A stretch of DNA of 64,000 nucleotides from Bdellovibrionales bacterium (GCA_965217115.1 OZ244239.1:1952001-2016000), one strand, 5' to 3'; counted from the first letter of the stretch, positions 20,747-31,258 are shown. Numbers and translations are program-made. Notes: a model not told the origin generated them from the letters alone.

Positions 20747-21532
20747 ATGAAAACACTATTTTCTCAGTACATTCAAAAAGAGTTACTTGAACGTTGTCAG
20801 AGAAACCCTGCCTATTCTCTGCGTTCGTTAGGTAAGAGTTTGAGTGTGCCTCCTTCTAGCCTTTCTGAGTGGATGAGTGGCAAGAGAGCACCTAAGATGG
20901 AACATGCAGAGAGCATCCTAAAACTATTAGAGTGTCCCCAAGAAAAAGTAAAAGAAATTCTTTGGGAAATTAAAATTTCAGATATTTCCAAAGAGTTGAT
21001 GATCAAGGAGAATATAGAAAAAATTGAAGCAGAATTTGATTCTTCTAGACTAGAGAAAGATATTTTTAAAATGATTTCTAACTGGTATTGCTATGCCATT
21101 GTGAACCTTGTTGAGTTAGAAAATTTTGAATATAGCGTTAAATTTATAGTAAAAACTTTAGGTATTACTGAAGAAGAAGCTCAAGATGCTTTGAAGGTAT
21201 TGCTTAATACTGGAATATTGGTAGAGGAGTCAGGAACCCTAAAGGCTAGCGGAAATAATTTATCTACACAAACAGGTGTTCCCGATCAATCAATTAGAGA
21301 TTTTCACAGACAGATATTATCTCTGGCTCAGGGAGCGTTAGGTCATGTGCCAGTTCAAGATAGAGATTTTACCAATATAATGATGCCCATTAATGTTAAA
21401 AGTATTAATCAAGTAAAAAAAGAAATTACGACCTTTCGGCGTAAAATTTGTAAATTACTTGAGAACGGAGAGAAGACAGAGGTTTATAATCTGTCAATAC
21501 AGTTATTTCCTGTGACGGGGAGGAGTTCATGA
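20747..21532 (+). CDS. TIGR02147/DUF4423-family protein with N-terminal HTH
   Basis: RNPAYSLRSLGKSL HTH; ISNWYCYAIVNL, IRDFHRQIL and VYNLSIQLFPV motifs. Confidence 0.9.
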   Translation: MKTLFSQYIQKELLERCQRNPAYSLRSLGKSLSVPPSSLSEWMSGKRAPKMEHAESILKLLECPQEKVKEILWEIKISDISKELMIKENIEKIEAEFDSSRLEKDIFKMISNWYCYAIVNLVELENFEYSVKFIVKTLGITEEEAQDALKVLLNTGILVEESGTLKASGNNLSTQTGVPDQSIRDFHRQILSLAQGALGHVPVQDRDFTNIMMPINVKSINQVKKEITTFRRKICKLLENGEKTEVYNLSIQLFPVTGRSS

Positions 21533-23091
21533 AGAGTGTATTTGTCTCTATTATTGTGATGGTTTTTGTTAACAGTGGATCATTGGCTACGGAATATGTG
21601 GGTTTTCCAGATAGCGTCAATCTTTTGAACGGGTTTTATTTTTTAGATACTTTTGATGAAAGCTCAGAAGTTGAAAGAAAATGGAGGTCGAGATTATTGG
21701 GTGAAGATATTGATGATTATAAAAAAATTATTGATGCAATTGGGGTAGAGCAAATGTTGGGTACAGAGACGGGTAATGGCGGAGATGAAATACGTGATTT
21801 CTTTATTCATGAAGCCATTAAATTAATGGCAGTTTTGGAGAAGCGGCTTGTTTTTCGTTTGTACTATGGCCAATTTATTTGGCCTATGGATTTTTCTAAG
21901 AAAATTAATATTAAAAATATAAAACTGGCCAGTGAGTCTCCTCTTATTGATAATGGTGGTTCTGTTGTGAGTGCACTTGTACTTGATACTAAAAAGCAAG
22001 AAGATTTACGGTCATTGAAAAAATACACTGATGTCTCAAGCCCTTATCTAGATAGATATCTTATCTTAGATTCAAATATTTGGCGGGGGAAAATTAAAAC
22101 TTATGGTAAAAGTCCTTTTCCAACACAGAGGCTCATCATCCATGAAATTTTACGTCTCAATAATGTCAAAGATGATAATTACATTGTGACTGAACAGATA
22201 ATCAAGCAAATGAGAACAAATGTGTCAAAGTTGCCAAATCCCTCTTATAAGATGCACATCGATAATTGGTTAAATCATCCAGATTTTAAAATGAGTAAGT
22301 TGTCTAAAGTTAACCCTCATTTAGCAAAAGAAGTTTCTGACGATTTAATTCAATTGGATTTGGCAAGCCGTTTCAAAGAGTTAGTTTTTTTCCACATTGA
22401 TGAAGGAAAATTGCGGGAGTATCATTTTCAAGGGAAAGGTGATTTATTAGAGAGTTTCTCCCATTTAATTAGACGGGCACAGAATTCCATAGATTCTATT
22501 GAAATCGTGGAAAATAATATCGATAGGTATCAATATTCTATTGAACAAAGACTTTATTCAGCGCATCTTTTCTCAGATAGGCTAAGAAATAATAAAATAA
22601 AGTTATTGAAAACTGTTTCGTTCTTATTTGATCAGTATTGGGGGACATTTTTAAAAATTTTCGAAACGATGAATAGAGATTCTCTTTTGACAAGAAAAGG
22701 TGTTTTGTTTTGTGAGAATCAATTCTCTGCAGGAGACACTCAAAGGGTTCGTGTTCAATCTACTGGAGTAGGAAGTGATATTTTGAGGGTGATACTTACT
22801 CAGAAAACACGAGATCCTGTTGCACAAGTGATTGGGGGCAATTTTAGATTTGATAGATCTAATGCTAAGAATAATATCTATGGGCTAGTGAATTTAACGG
22901 GAGAGAGTCAAAAATCTAGAAATGGGGTAGATATGATCCTTCGTCTTAATCAGGAACTTCTTAAGGAAAAAGACAAGGTTCCTGCTCACTTGGTTATTTA
23001 TAATTTTTTAAACTATAAAGACAGCACTATTCCCTTATTTTGCACTAATAAATCAGAGGGAGTCGATGTGACTCGTTTTCATACAAAATAA
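21529..23091 (+). CDS. Secreted hypothetical protein (GNGGD motif; HExxR)
   Basis: Signal peptide; GTETGNGGDEI; LIIHEILRL; ATGA overlap with the TIGR02147 gene. Confidence 0.8.
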   Translation: MKSVFVSIIVMVFVNSGSLATEYVGFPDSVNLLNGFYFLDTFDESSEVERKWRSRLLGEDIDDYKKIIDAIGVEQMLGTETGNGGDEIRDFFIHEAIKLMAVLEKRLVFRLYYGQFIWPMDFSKKINIKNIKLASESPLIDNGGSVVSALVLDTKKQEDLRSLKKYTDVSSPYLDRYLILDSNIWRGKIKTYGKSPFPTQRLIIHEILRLNNVKDDNYIVTEQIIKQMRTNVSKLPNPSYKMHIDNWLNHPDFKMSKLSKVNPHLAKEVSDDLIQLDLASRFKELVFFHIDEGKLREYHFQGKGDLLESFSHLIRRAQNSIDSIEIVENNIDRYQYSIEQRLYSAHLFSDRLRNNKIKLLKTVSFLFDQYWGTFLKIFETMNRDSLLTRKGVLFCENQFSAGDTQRVRVQSTGVGSDILRVILTQKTRDPVAQVIGGNFRFDRSNAKNNIYGLVNLTGESQKSRNGVDMILRLNQELLKEKDKVPAHLVIYNFLNYKDSTIPLFCTNKSEGVDVTRFHTK

Positions 23092-23093
23092 TG

Positions 23094-23900
23094 TTAAAAC
23101 AAATTCAGAGGGTAGCTCACGTCAATAGCTTCTCCTGGAAAAGGTTTAATGCGGATGCGATTAAAAATAGTTTGTACGCATCTATGAAAGTCTTTTGCAT
23201 TAATAAAACTACTATTGAGAATTTTAGTATTAGCTAAAACCCCTTTAGGCAGAGCGATGAAGTGAACTGTGATTTTTCCGCCATTTTTGAGGTTGGGGTA
23301 TCTGCGTAGATAAGAGGCGTAACATCTCTGTATGTAGAGATATCCTTTTTGGTCCTTAATGGCTTGTTTTAGAGAATCATTGGTCAAAGGGGCTAAAAGG
23401 TTTGTGGGTTTTTTCTTGCGAGTCGAAATTATTTTTAGTTTAGAGATAGGAGTTGTCGAGAAATTTTCAGGGCTGTAGAGTTCTCCTTGATACTCAATTT
23501 TAATAAATTTTGTACGCCCTTTTCTTAGAACTGTGAAATTTCCTGAAAATAATCGAATGAGAGTCACTTGTGATAGTGACGGATGACTTGGTAGTAATTG
23601 CAAGGCGCTGTTCTCTAAAAATTTTATTCTATAGCCGCTGGGAAAGCCAATAGTGATTGAACTCTTATTGGGAACGGTGATTTGATTCATGGGAAATAAA
23701 GATCGCCTTGGGGAGGCTTCAAGAAATTTACCGTCTGCCCATATTTTCACTGGCCCTTGCACAGATTGAATTTGTCCAAGGGGAGAGATTGATTGGTTGG
23801 GTGGTGTATCTCTGCTGATAAATGATGTGAGTTGTCCTGAGAATAAGATCAGAGAAATACCGAGAATAAGCATGGCGGATAGCAAGATGACTCGTGACAT
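23094..23900 (-). CDS. Membrane protein with FecR-like N-domain and AgmX/PglI (TonB-C-like) C-domain
   Basis: N-terminal TM; IQRCYASYLRRYPNL-GKITVHFI...FHRCVQTIFNRIRIKPFPG...VSYP. Confidence 0.75.
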   Translation of the reverse strand: MSRVILLSAMLILGISLILFSGQLTSFISRDTPPNQSISPLGQIQSVQGPVKIWADGKFLEASPRRSLFPMNQITVPNKSSITIGFPSGYRIKFLENSALQLLPSHPSLSQVTLIRLFSGNFTVLRKGRTKFIKIEYQGELYSPENFSTTPISKLKIISTRKKKPTNLLAPLTNDSLKQAIKDQKGYLYIQRCYASYLRRYPNLKNGGKITVHFIALPKGVLANTKILNSSFINAKDFHRCVQTIFNRIRIKPFPGEAIDVSYPLNLF

Positions 23901-23911
23901 TCTATTTGCTT

Positions 23912-24256
23912 TTATTTTGTGGTCTTTTCTTCAGGAAGATTTTTAGAAGTGTCTTTTGTTACGGGCGATTGAACTTTTACTGGGTTATAACTATCCAAGA
24001 CACTGGAGTTTTGTTTTGAGCTGTAATAGGCAAGGAAAATACTCGTTCCAGCAAAAATGATTGCAATGATACGAGTTGCTTTAACGAGTATGCCGCTAGC
24101 TCCAGAGGCTCCGAGTAGGCTGCTAGAGCTGCCACCACCTGTGAGTCCACCCATACCGTCATTTTTAGGGTCTTGAATAAGAACGAGAAGAATTAAAAGA
24201 ACGGCGATAACAATATGAATGGTTGTAAAAAGTGTTAGCATTTGTGTTTCCTCCAA
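23912..24256 (-). CDS. secG: Preprotein translocase subunit SecG
   Basis: IHIVIAVLLILLVLIQ...GG-rich loop...LVKATRIIAIIF; ATG at 24241 is an alternative start. Confidence 0.92.
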   Translation of the reverse strand: MEETQMLTLFTTIHIVIAVLLILLVLIQDPKNDGMGGLTGGGSSSSLLGASGASGILVKATRIIAIIFAGTSIFLAYYSSKQNSSVLDSYNPVKVQSPVTKDTSKNLPEEKTTK

Positions 24257-24470
24257 AACGGGGAGTATAGGGGGTTAGCTACTGAGTTGTCCACAAGAAT
24301 TTAGGAAATTCTACTAAATATGTTTATAATCCTCTCTGGTGAATTACATTGAAAACCCAGTATGGCGAGGCGTGTCTAAGTTCTTTGCTCTCTTCTGGTT
24401 TGATGTGTGGTGGCTATATATGCTAATTGTTTGTAAAAAATAAACGTCTGTTTTTGGAGTTACAGTAGAG

Positions 24471-25094
24471 ATGCCTTTTGTTGTGTTTGAAGGATTAGAT
24501 GGTTGTGGTAAATCGACTTTGCTAAAGAAGTTGCAGGTTTTTTTAGAGAGTAATTCACAGAAAGTCACTGTTAGTCGTGAGCCTGGGGGGACAGAGTTAG
24601 GTCGTACGATTCGTCAGCTTTTATTAAGCCATTCTCTTGATCCACCTGTGGCCAAGGCAGAGGTGTTGCTCTATCTTGCCGACCGCGCTCAACATGTAGA
24701 GACGTTGATTCGTCCTTCTTTGACTCAAGGACATTGGGTTTTGTCTGATCGTTTTAAAGGGAGCACCGTTGCTTTCCAGGAAGGGGGGCGGAGTTTGCAG
24801 TCAGAGCAGATTCGTCAACTTAATGATTTTGCTGTTTCTGGGTGCGATGCTGATTTGACTGTGTTGTTGGATTTATCTGTTGAGGAGAGTCAATCGAGAA
24901 TTAATCAAAGGGGTGGGGAGCAGGATCGTTTGGAATCAGAAAGCCTAGAGTTTCACCAGAGGGTTCGTCAGAGCTTTCTGCGTCAAGCCAAGGAAGAGAA
25001 AAACTGGTTAGTACTCGATGCTGTGTGCACGCCAGATGAATTATTTACGAATTTAAAAAGTGAGTTTAAGAGGAGAGGATGGGACGAATTTTAG
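24471..25094 (+). CDS. tmk: Thymidylate kinase
   Basis: FEGLDGCGKST, REPGGT, DRAQH and LSDRF motifs. Confidence 0.96.
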   Translation: MPFVVFEGLDGCGKSTLLKKLQVFLESNSQKVTVSREPGGTELGRTIRQLLLSHSLDPPVAKAEVLLYLADRAQHVETLIRPSLTQGHWVLSDRFKGSTVAFQEGGRSLQSEQIRQLNDFAVSGCDADLTVLLDLSVEESQSRINQRGGEQDRLESESLEFHQRVRQSFLRQAKEEKNWLVLDAVCTPDELFTNLKSEFKRRGWDEF

Positions 25095-26068
25095 ACAGTG
25101 TTTTAGGACACGAAGGTCAAATCAGCTCTCTTTTGCAAGTGATTGAGGCGGGGCGATTGCCTTCGACATTGCTTTTTTGTGGGTTAGAGGGAGTTGGCAA
25201 GAAAAAGGTGGCCTTGGCAATGGCGCAGATCCTGGTTTGCGAAAAGAGAGAGGGCTGTGGAGAGTGTCCTCCCTGTGTGCGTCTTGATAATGGTCAGAGC
25301 GAATCGTTGCTGCTGATCTCTCAGGAGAAGAGAGGTTCTTTGATTAAGGCGGAGGAAAGCCGTCAGGTTTTGAAGTTTCTTCGCTTAAAAATGGATGGGG
25401 GCTGTTCTCGGGTGATTGTCATTGATGGTGCAGATCGATTGAACCCCCATGCAGCCAATATTTTGCTTAAGACTTTGGAGGAGCCTCCTGAGAGGACCTA
25501 CTTTATATTGATTGCCAGTGGCTTGGGAGCTGTCTTGCCGACGATCCGTTCCCGTTCACAGGTGATCCGTTTCTCTCCTTTATCTAATGGGATATTAAAA
25601 AAATACGTTCATTCAAAAGGGGGGGGGCCAGAAGACGGAGTTATTGCAGACTGGATTATTGATGCCAGTGGTGGCTCTCTGGGAAAATTAGAGAGAATGG
25701 GGGATGGTTCATGGGGAGAGGTAAGACAAGCGGCCATGAATTTTATGAGTGGGGCTTTGAATGGGAATATGGATTATTTTCACTCTCTGAAGGGTCTAGT
25801 TAGAGATAGGGAAGAGGCACTTTTTATGAGTCGCTGGTTACAGACTGTCTTGCGTGATGGACTTTGGGCAAAGACCCATAGTGAGGGCTGGCTAAATGGT
25901 GATTGTCAGGGTATGGTGGATTATCTTGCACAAATGAGGGCGAGGAGTTTACTTGAGATGGCTGATGGGGCCAAGGGTGTGGAGATTGGGATCCAAGCAA
26001 ATTTTGATAGAACTCTTTTGTTTGAAGATCTTTGGTATAAGTATCGTGATGTTATGAATTTGTCGTGA
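25079..26068 (+). CDS. holB: DNA polymerase III delta-prime subunit
   Basis: CGECPPC zinc motif, AANILLKTLEEPP, LPTIRSRSQ; follows tmk. Confidence 0.93.
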   Translation: MGRILDSVLGHEGQISSLLQVIEAGRLPSTLLFCGLEGVGKKKVALAMAQILVCEKREGCGECPPCVRLDNGQSESLLLISQEKRGSLIKAEESRQVLKFLRLKMDGGCSRVIVIDGADRLNPHAANILLKTLEEPPERTYFILIASGLGAVLPTIRSRSQVIRFSPLSNGILKKYVHSKGGGPEDGVIADWIIDASGGSLGKLERMGDGSWGEVRQAAMNFMSGALNGNMDYFHSLKGLVRDREEALFMSRWLQTVLRDGLWAKTHSEGWLNGDCQGMVDYLAQMRARSLLEMADGAKGVEIGIQANFDRTLLFEDLWYKYRDVMNLS

Positions 26069-26114
26069 CTTAGATTTTATTAATGAATAGCTACGTTGGT
26101 TAAAGGAAGTAATT

Positions 26115-27176
26115 TTGGAAAAAGAAGAGACACAAGAAATTGAAGATATAGCTAAGAACACTATTAAGAGCGTACCCCGTTTAAAAGGTAAAGTTCTGGA
26201 TACCGAGGGTATTCCCAGTTGGATTTATGAATTGGAGGAAGAGGAGAGAGAGTTTATCCGTATTGCGGGAATCGCTTTTAATGAAACAGGACGAGTGTTT
26301 GATTACAATGCTGGTGAGCTAGATTTACAAATAGGTACATTGGTCGTGGCAGAGGTTCCAGAAAAGGGTTTGATGATAGGGAGAATTGCCAAGCCTCCTT
26401 TGAAAATCGATAACACTGAGTTGAAATTAAAACTCCGTCATATCTCGCGTATAGCAACGGAGAAGGACGAAGAGGATTATGAGAGGCAAAAAAACAAAGA
26501 GGAGTTGGCTTACGATTATGCCACGTCTTATATTTCTCAATTAAAGTTGGATATGCAATTATTGAGAGTGGATTTTACTTTGGACAGTCGCAAGGCTTTG
26601 GTTTACTTCAGTGCTGAAAACCGTGTGGATTTCCGTGAGTTGTTAAAAATGTTAGTTAGAGATTTAAAATCCCGAGTGGAGTTACGCCAAGTCGGAGTGA
26701 GAGATCAGACAAAAATGGAAGGGGCCTTAGGGGCCTGCGGAGTGGAGGCATGCTGCAGTCGCTTTATTGGTAAGTTTCATGGTGTGAGCATAAAAATGGC
26801 TAAGGTTCAAAATCTATCGTTGAAACCGACGAAGGTCAGTGGAGTTTGTGGCCGTTTGAAGTGTTGTTTGGCCTATGAATATAAGGTTTATCAGGAGGGA
26901 ATTAAGAAAGTTCCCAAAAAAGGTAAATGTGTTTCTTGCGGTAGTAAGTGTGGAGTGGTGCAGGATGTGGATGTTTTGCGTGAATTGGTGACGATTTTAT
27001 CAAATGACGGAACGGTTCACGTGGTGAAGGCCAAGGATGTGGTAGAAGTGGGACGAGATGGCAAGCCGTTTCCTAAGGAAAAAATGGTGGCGACAACTGA
27101 CGAAGATGTTTTGCGTGACCAAATTCTTTCACAAACAGAGCAGGTGGAAGAAAACAATAGCGATGAAGCGAATTAG
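26115..27176 (+). CDS. ricT: PSP1/RicT (YaaT) family protein
   Basis: YFSAENRVDFREL, IKMAKVQNLSL and SGVCGRLKCCLAYE motifs. Confidence 0.88.
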   Translation: MEKEETQEIEDIAKNTIKSVPRLKGKVLDTEGIPSWIYELEEEEREFIRIAGIAFNETGRVFDYNAGELDLQIGTLVVAEVPEKGLMIGRIAKPPLKIDNTELKLKLRHISRIATEKDEEDYERQKNKEELAYDYATSYISQLKLDMQLLRVDFTLDSRKALVYFSAENRVDFRELLKMLVRDLKSRVELRQVGVRDQTKMEGALGACGVEACCSRFIGKFHGVSIKMAKVQNLSLKPTKVSGVCGRLKCCLAYEYKVYQEGIKKVPKKGKCVSCGSKCGVVQDVDVLRELVTILSNDGTVHVVKAKDVVEVGRDGKPFPKEKMVATTDEDVLRDQILSQTEQVEENNSDEAN

Positions 27177-27178
27177 AA

Positions 27179-27994
27179 ATGGAGTGGATTGATATTCACA
27201 CCCATTTGAATTTTCTTGAAGGAACACCTGAGGAGGCTATCCAGAGAGCCAGGCAGGTGGGGGTTGAGAGGATGATCACTATTGGCACAGAGCCAGAGGA
27301 TCACTCGATTGTTCTGGATTTAGCGCGAAAATTTTCTCCCCATGTGTTTTGTACTTTAGGGGTTCATCCCCATGAGGCGAAGAAATACGATGATTTGGTC
27401 GAGACATTCTTGCGCAAGAATCTTCCCGATAGAAGAGTTGTTGCTGTGGCTGAAATTGGTTTGGATTATTACTATGACAGCAGTCCTCGGGATGTACAGA
27501 GGGATGTTTTTCGTCGTCAGTTAGAGTTGGCTTGTGAGTTTGATTTGCCGATTGAGATTCATACCCGTGATGCGGAAGAGGACACGGTGAAAATTTTAAA
27601 AGAATTTTCAGGGAGAGTTCGCGGAGTGATTCATTGTTTTACGGGGACTCAATACTTAGCTGATGAAGCTTTGGCCTTGGGTTATAATATTTCGTTCAGT
27701 GGTATTGTGACCTTTCGAAGTGCAGAGTCTTTGCGAGAAGTGTTAAAGACGGTGCCCTTAGATCGTCTTCATGTGGAGACGGACGCTCCTTATCTAGCTC
27801 CAGTTCCCCATCGCGGTAAGAAGAATGAACCTGCTTTTGTGGTAGACACGGCGAAATTGGTGGCAGAGATCAAGGGTGTCTCTTTGCAGGAGCTTTGTGA
27901 TCAGACCAGAGCCAATGCTCTGGCGATGTTTCCAAAATTAGTTTGGATTCGTTCACCACAAGAAGTCCAAGAGAATCCAGAAGAGTCTCTTTAA
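27179..27994 (+). CDS. tatD: TatD-family nuclease
   Basis: IDIHTHL, GVHPH, EIGLDY, IHTRDA, HCFTG and ETDAPYLAP motifs. Confidence 0.95.
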   Translation: MEWIDIHTHLNFLEGTPEEAIQRARQVGVERMITIGTEPEDHSIVLDLARKFSPHVFCTLGVHPHEAKKYDDLVETFLRKNLPDRRVVAVAEIGLDYYYDSSPRDVQRDVFRRQLELACEFDLPIEIHTRDAEEDTVKILKEFSGRVRGVIHCFTGTQYLADEALALGYNISFSGIVTFRSAESLREVLKTVPLDRLHVETDAPYLAPVPHRGKKNEPAFVVDTAKLVAEIKGVSLQELCDQTRANALAMFPKLVWIRSPQEVQENPEESL

Positions 27995-28071
27995 AAGCAC
28001 GTCTCTCTTTGCCCAAATCAAATATTTGTGGTACACCCCTGAAGTGAATTCTAGTTATTTGGAGGCTGATT

Positions 28072-29076
28072 TTGTCTAAATTAAAAGTGGGTATTAATGG
28101 TTTTGGTCGTATTGGTCGTGTTCTGCTTCGTGCGGGATTTGATCAGATAGATATCGCTGGAATTAACTGCGTAGGTGATCCAAAAACCTATGCACATTTG
28201 TTAAAATATGATTCTAGCCATGGAGCCTTTAATAAAGATGTGTCTGTCGGAGAAGGGTGTTTAATTATTGATGGAAAAAGAATCCCTGTGAGTTCAACTT
28301 ATAAGCCAGAGGAGATTCCTTGGTCTGATTGGGGAGTGGATGTTGTCTTGGAGTGTACAGGTGCTTTTAATAAGAGAGAGCAGGTGTTAAAGCACATTGA
28401 GGTGGGAGCGAAAAAAGTGATTGTTTCAGCTCCCTTCTCAGAGGCTGACTTAACCCTTGTCTATGGAGTGAACCACACTCAGTACAATCATGGGAAGCAT
28501 CATGTGATTAGTAATGCTTCTTGCACGACAAATTGCCTGGCTCCTTTGGCCAAGGTCCTACAGGAAGAATTTGGTATTCATTATGGAATGATGACCACGA
28601 TTCACTCCTACACCAATGATCAGAAAGTTTTGGACACTCCCCATAAGGATTTGCGTCGAGCCAGAACGGCGGCAGTGAATATGATTCCGACGACAACGGG
28701 TGCGGCGAAGGCTGTGGGTTTAGTTCTGCCTGAATTAGCAGGTAAAGTCGATGGGTTTGCTATTCGTGTACCGACGCCTAATGTGAGTTTAGTGGACTTT
28801 ACTTTTGAATCAGTGAAGGCGATTTCAAAAGAGAGTATAAATGCGGCGATTAAGAAATCAGCCGATAGTTCTTTGAAGGGAGTTCTGTCCTATACGAATG
28901 AGCCATTGGTGAGTTCTGATTTTATGAGTGATGTCCATAGCTCTGTTGTCGATTTGGATTTGACGATGGCGGTGTCGGATAAAATGGGAAAGGTGATTTC
29001 TTGGTATGACAATGAAATGGGTTTTTCTAGGCGTATGATAGATATTGTTAAATATATGCAATCTCAAGGTCTATAG
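28072..29076 (+). CDS. gap: Glyceraldehyde-3-phosphate dehydrogenase (type I)
   Basis: GINGFGRIGR, SNASCTTNCLAP and WYDNE motifs. Confidence 0.98.
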   Translation: MSKLKVGINGFGRIGRVLLRAGFDQIDIAGINCVGDPKTYAHLLKYDSSHGAFNKDVSVGEGCLIIDGKRIPVSSTYKPEEIPWSDWGVDVVLECTGAFNKREQVLKHIEVGAKKVIVSAPFSEADLTLVYGVNHTQYNHGKHHVISNASCTTNCLAPLAKVLQEEFGIHYGMMTTIHSYTNDQKVLDTPHKDLRRARTAAVNMIPTTTGAAKAVGLVLPELAGKVDGFAIRVPTPNVSLVDFTFESVKAISKESINAAIKKSADSSLKGVLSYTNEPLVSSDFMSDVHSSVVDLDLTMAVSDKMGKVISWYDNEMGFSRRMIDIVKYMQSQGL

Positions 29077-29092
29077 AATGCAATCTGTAGGG

Positions 29093-30325
29093 ATGGCGAC
29101 AGGCTTGGATAAAATTACTTGCATGGATGAGCTGTCTTTAGATGGGAAGAGAGTTTTTCTACGTTTAGACTTAAATGTTCCTTTGCGTGATGGAGAGATT
29201 AAAGACGAGACTCGTATTCGTGCGTGTTTACCGACGATTCGCTATATTCTTGATCATGGCGGAAAATTAGTCGTAGGATCTCATTTAGGCCGACCTAAAG
29301 GAGAAGAAGATCGTCAAAAATTATCTTTAGAACCCGTGGCAAAGCGTCTAGGTGAACTCTTAGAGATAGAAGTTTTTCTGATGGAAGATATTTTAGGTCA
29401 AGCTCCACAGCAATTACTCAATGGTTTAAGATCAAGCCAAATAATTATGTTAGAGAATCTACGTTTTGTGGATGAGGAGATTAAAAATTCCCAAGAGATG
29501 GCTGTGATAATTGCGAGCTACATTGATATCTATATCAATGACGCCTTTGGAGCTTGTCACCGCGCCCATGGGAGTATTTCGGCCTTGGCCAAAGAGGTTG
29601 AACAAAGAGTGGTGGGATTTTTAATTCGCAAAGAAGTGGAGATGTTAGATCAGGTCATTTATCAATCGACGAATCCTTTTGTTGTTATCTTGGGTGGTTC
29701 TAAGGTGAGTGACAAAATTGGTGTATTTGAAAATCTTATGGAGAAGGTGGATACTTTTATTGTTGGAGGCGCGATGGCCTACACTTTTTTAAAAGCCAAG
29801 GGCGTGAGCGTGGGAGATTCTTTAGTGGAGCGAGATTATCTGACTTTCGCCAAAGAAATAATTCGTTCTCTGGAGACACGAGGAAAAAAGCTTTTATTGC
29901 CTGTGGATCATATAGTGGCGGAAAACCTTAATGCCGAAGAGACAGCTCGGATAAATGAATCTGAAAATATAGAGAGAGGATGGATGGGTTTAGACATCGG
30001 CCCTCGATCTACTGAACTTTTTATTGAAGAGATAAGCAAGGCTAAAACGATTTTCTGGAATGGTCCGATGGGAGTGTTTGAAAAAGAAGTTTATAGTAAA
30101 GGAACTTTTTCTGTGGCTCAGGCTGTGGCCGATAATGGTGGGTTAACTGTTGTTGGTGGAGGAGATTCGGTAGCGGCGACAAATGCTGCGGGTGTTGCCG
30201 ATAAGATGACTCATATTTCTACGGGTGGTGGCGCGAGCTTGGAATACTTACAAGGTGATAAGTTACCGGGGCTTGAAGCTTTGCGCAAGACGGGTCGTGA
30301 GGGTGTGACGCCAACCCTGAGCTAG
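29093..30325 (+). CDS. pgk: Phosphoglycerate kinase
   Basis: RLDLNVP, SHLGRP, WNGPMGVFE and ISTGGGASLE motifs; start at 29078 or 29093. Confidence 0.97.
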   Translation: MATGLDKITCMDELSLDGKRVFLRLDLNVPLRDGEIKDETRIRACLPTIRYILDHGGKLVVGSHLGRPKGEEDRQKLSLEPVAKRLGELLEIEVFLMEDILGQAPQQLLNGLRSSQIIMLENLRFVDEEIKNSQEMAVIIASYIDIYINDAFGACHRAHGSISALAKEVEQRVVGFLIRKEVEMLDQVIYQSTNPFVVILGGSKVSDKIGVFENLMEKVDTFIVGGAMAYTFLKAKGVSVGDSLVERDYLTFAKEIIRSLETRGKKLLLPVDHIVAENLNAEETARINESENIERGWMGLDIGPRSTELFIEEISKAKTIFWNGPMGVFEKEVYSKGTFSVAQAVADNGGLTVVGGGDSVAATNAAGVADKMTHISTGGGASLEYLQGDKLPGLEALRKTGREGVTPTLS

Positions 30326-30362
30326 TGAAGTTTTCTTTACAAACCGTTGGAGAAGGTGGAAT

Positions 30363-31175
30363 TTGATGAGAGATTTTATTTGCGCTGCAAACTGGAAATT
30401 AAATAAAACACCTAGAGAGGCTCAAAGATATTGCGAGACTCTTCTCAAGGATGACTTCGTAAAAGATCATTTGATACAAGGCAATCAGAGGGATATTGCC
30501 AATGGATTGAAATGTGCGATTTTCCCACCTGCCTACAACTGGAATGTTGTTTCGAGTACTTTGGATAAAACTCAAATTCATTGGGGCCCGCAGAATTGCT
30601 ATGCAGAGAAATCGGGAGCCTTTACAGGAGAAAATTCTGCCCATGTCGCAAAAGAGATGGGGGCTAGTTATGTGCTTGTGGGGCATAGTGAAAGGCGTCA
30701 GTTGTTTTTAGAGAATAATGATTCTATATCGGATAAGATAGAGGCATTTCAAGGAGTGAATCTTATTCCTATCTTGTGTGTTGGAGAAACTTTGCAGCAA
30801 CGACAAAGCGGACAAGCTAATCATGTTGTCGGTGAGCAGTTAAGGTGTGGTTTAGCAAAGGTGGATTTTTCTAAGAAGTTTGTCGTGGCCTATGAACCAG
30901 TGTGGGCGATTGGCACAGGAGAAGTGGCTTCTTTGGAGCAGGTGGAAGAAGCCCATAAAGGTATTGGTCAGATATTGTTAGAAATAGCTAGTGATAGGGG
31001 GGGCAATGGGGCTCCCGAGAACTTCCGTGGGACAGTGTCGATTCTTTACGGTGGAAGCGTAAAACCAGATAATGCCAAGGCATTGGGTGAGTTGATAAAT
31101 GTGGATGGATTTCTTGTCGGTGGAGCCTCTTTAGAGCCAGAGAGCTTTTTATCAATACTTAAATCATCTAAATAG
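30363..31175 (+). CDS. tpiA: Triosephosphate isomerase
   Basis: ANWK, GHSERR, AYEPVWAIGTG and LVGGASL motifs. Confidence 0.97.
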   Translation: MMRDFICAANWKLNKTPREAQRYCETLLKDDFVKDHLIQGNQRDIANGLKCAIFPPAYNWNVVSSTLDKTQIHWGPQNCYAEKSGAFTGENSAHVAKEMGASYVLVGHSERRQLFLENNDSISDKIEAFQGVNLIPILCVGETLQQRQSGQANHVVGEQLRCGLAKVDFSKKFVVAYEPVWAIGTGEVASLEQVEEAHKGIGQILLEIASDRGGNGAPENFRGTVSILYGGSVKPDNAKALGELINVDGFLVGGASLEPESFLSILKSSK

Positions 31176-31258
31176 ATTTATTCGCTTAAATGTTTCATAA
31201 TGAGGCATTAGTGCAGGTTGAATTGTGTTGTTTCTGATTAAGGCTCTAGAATATAGAG

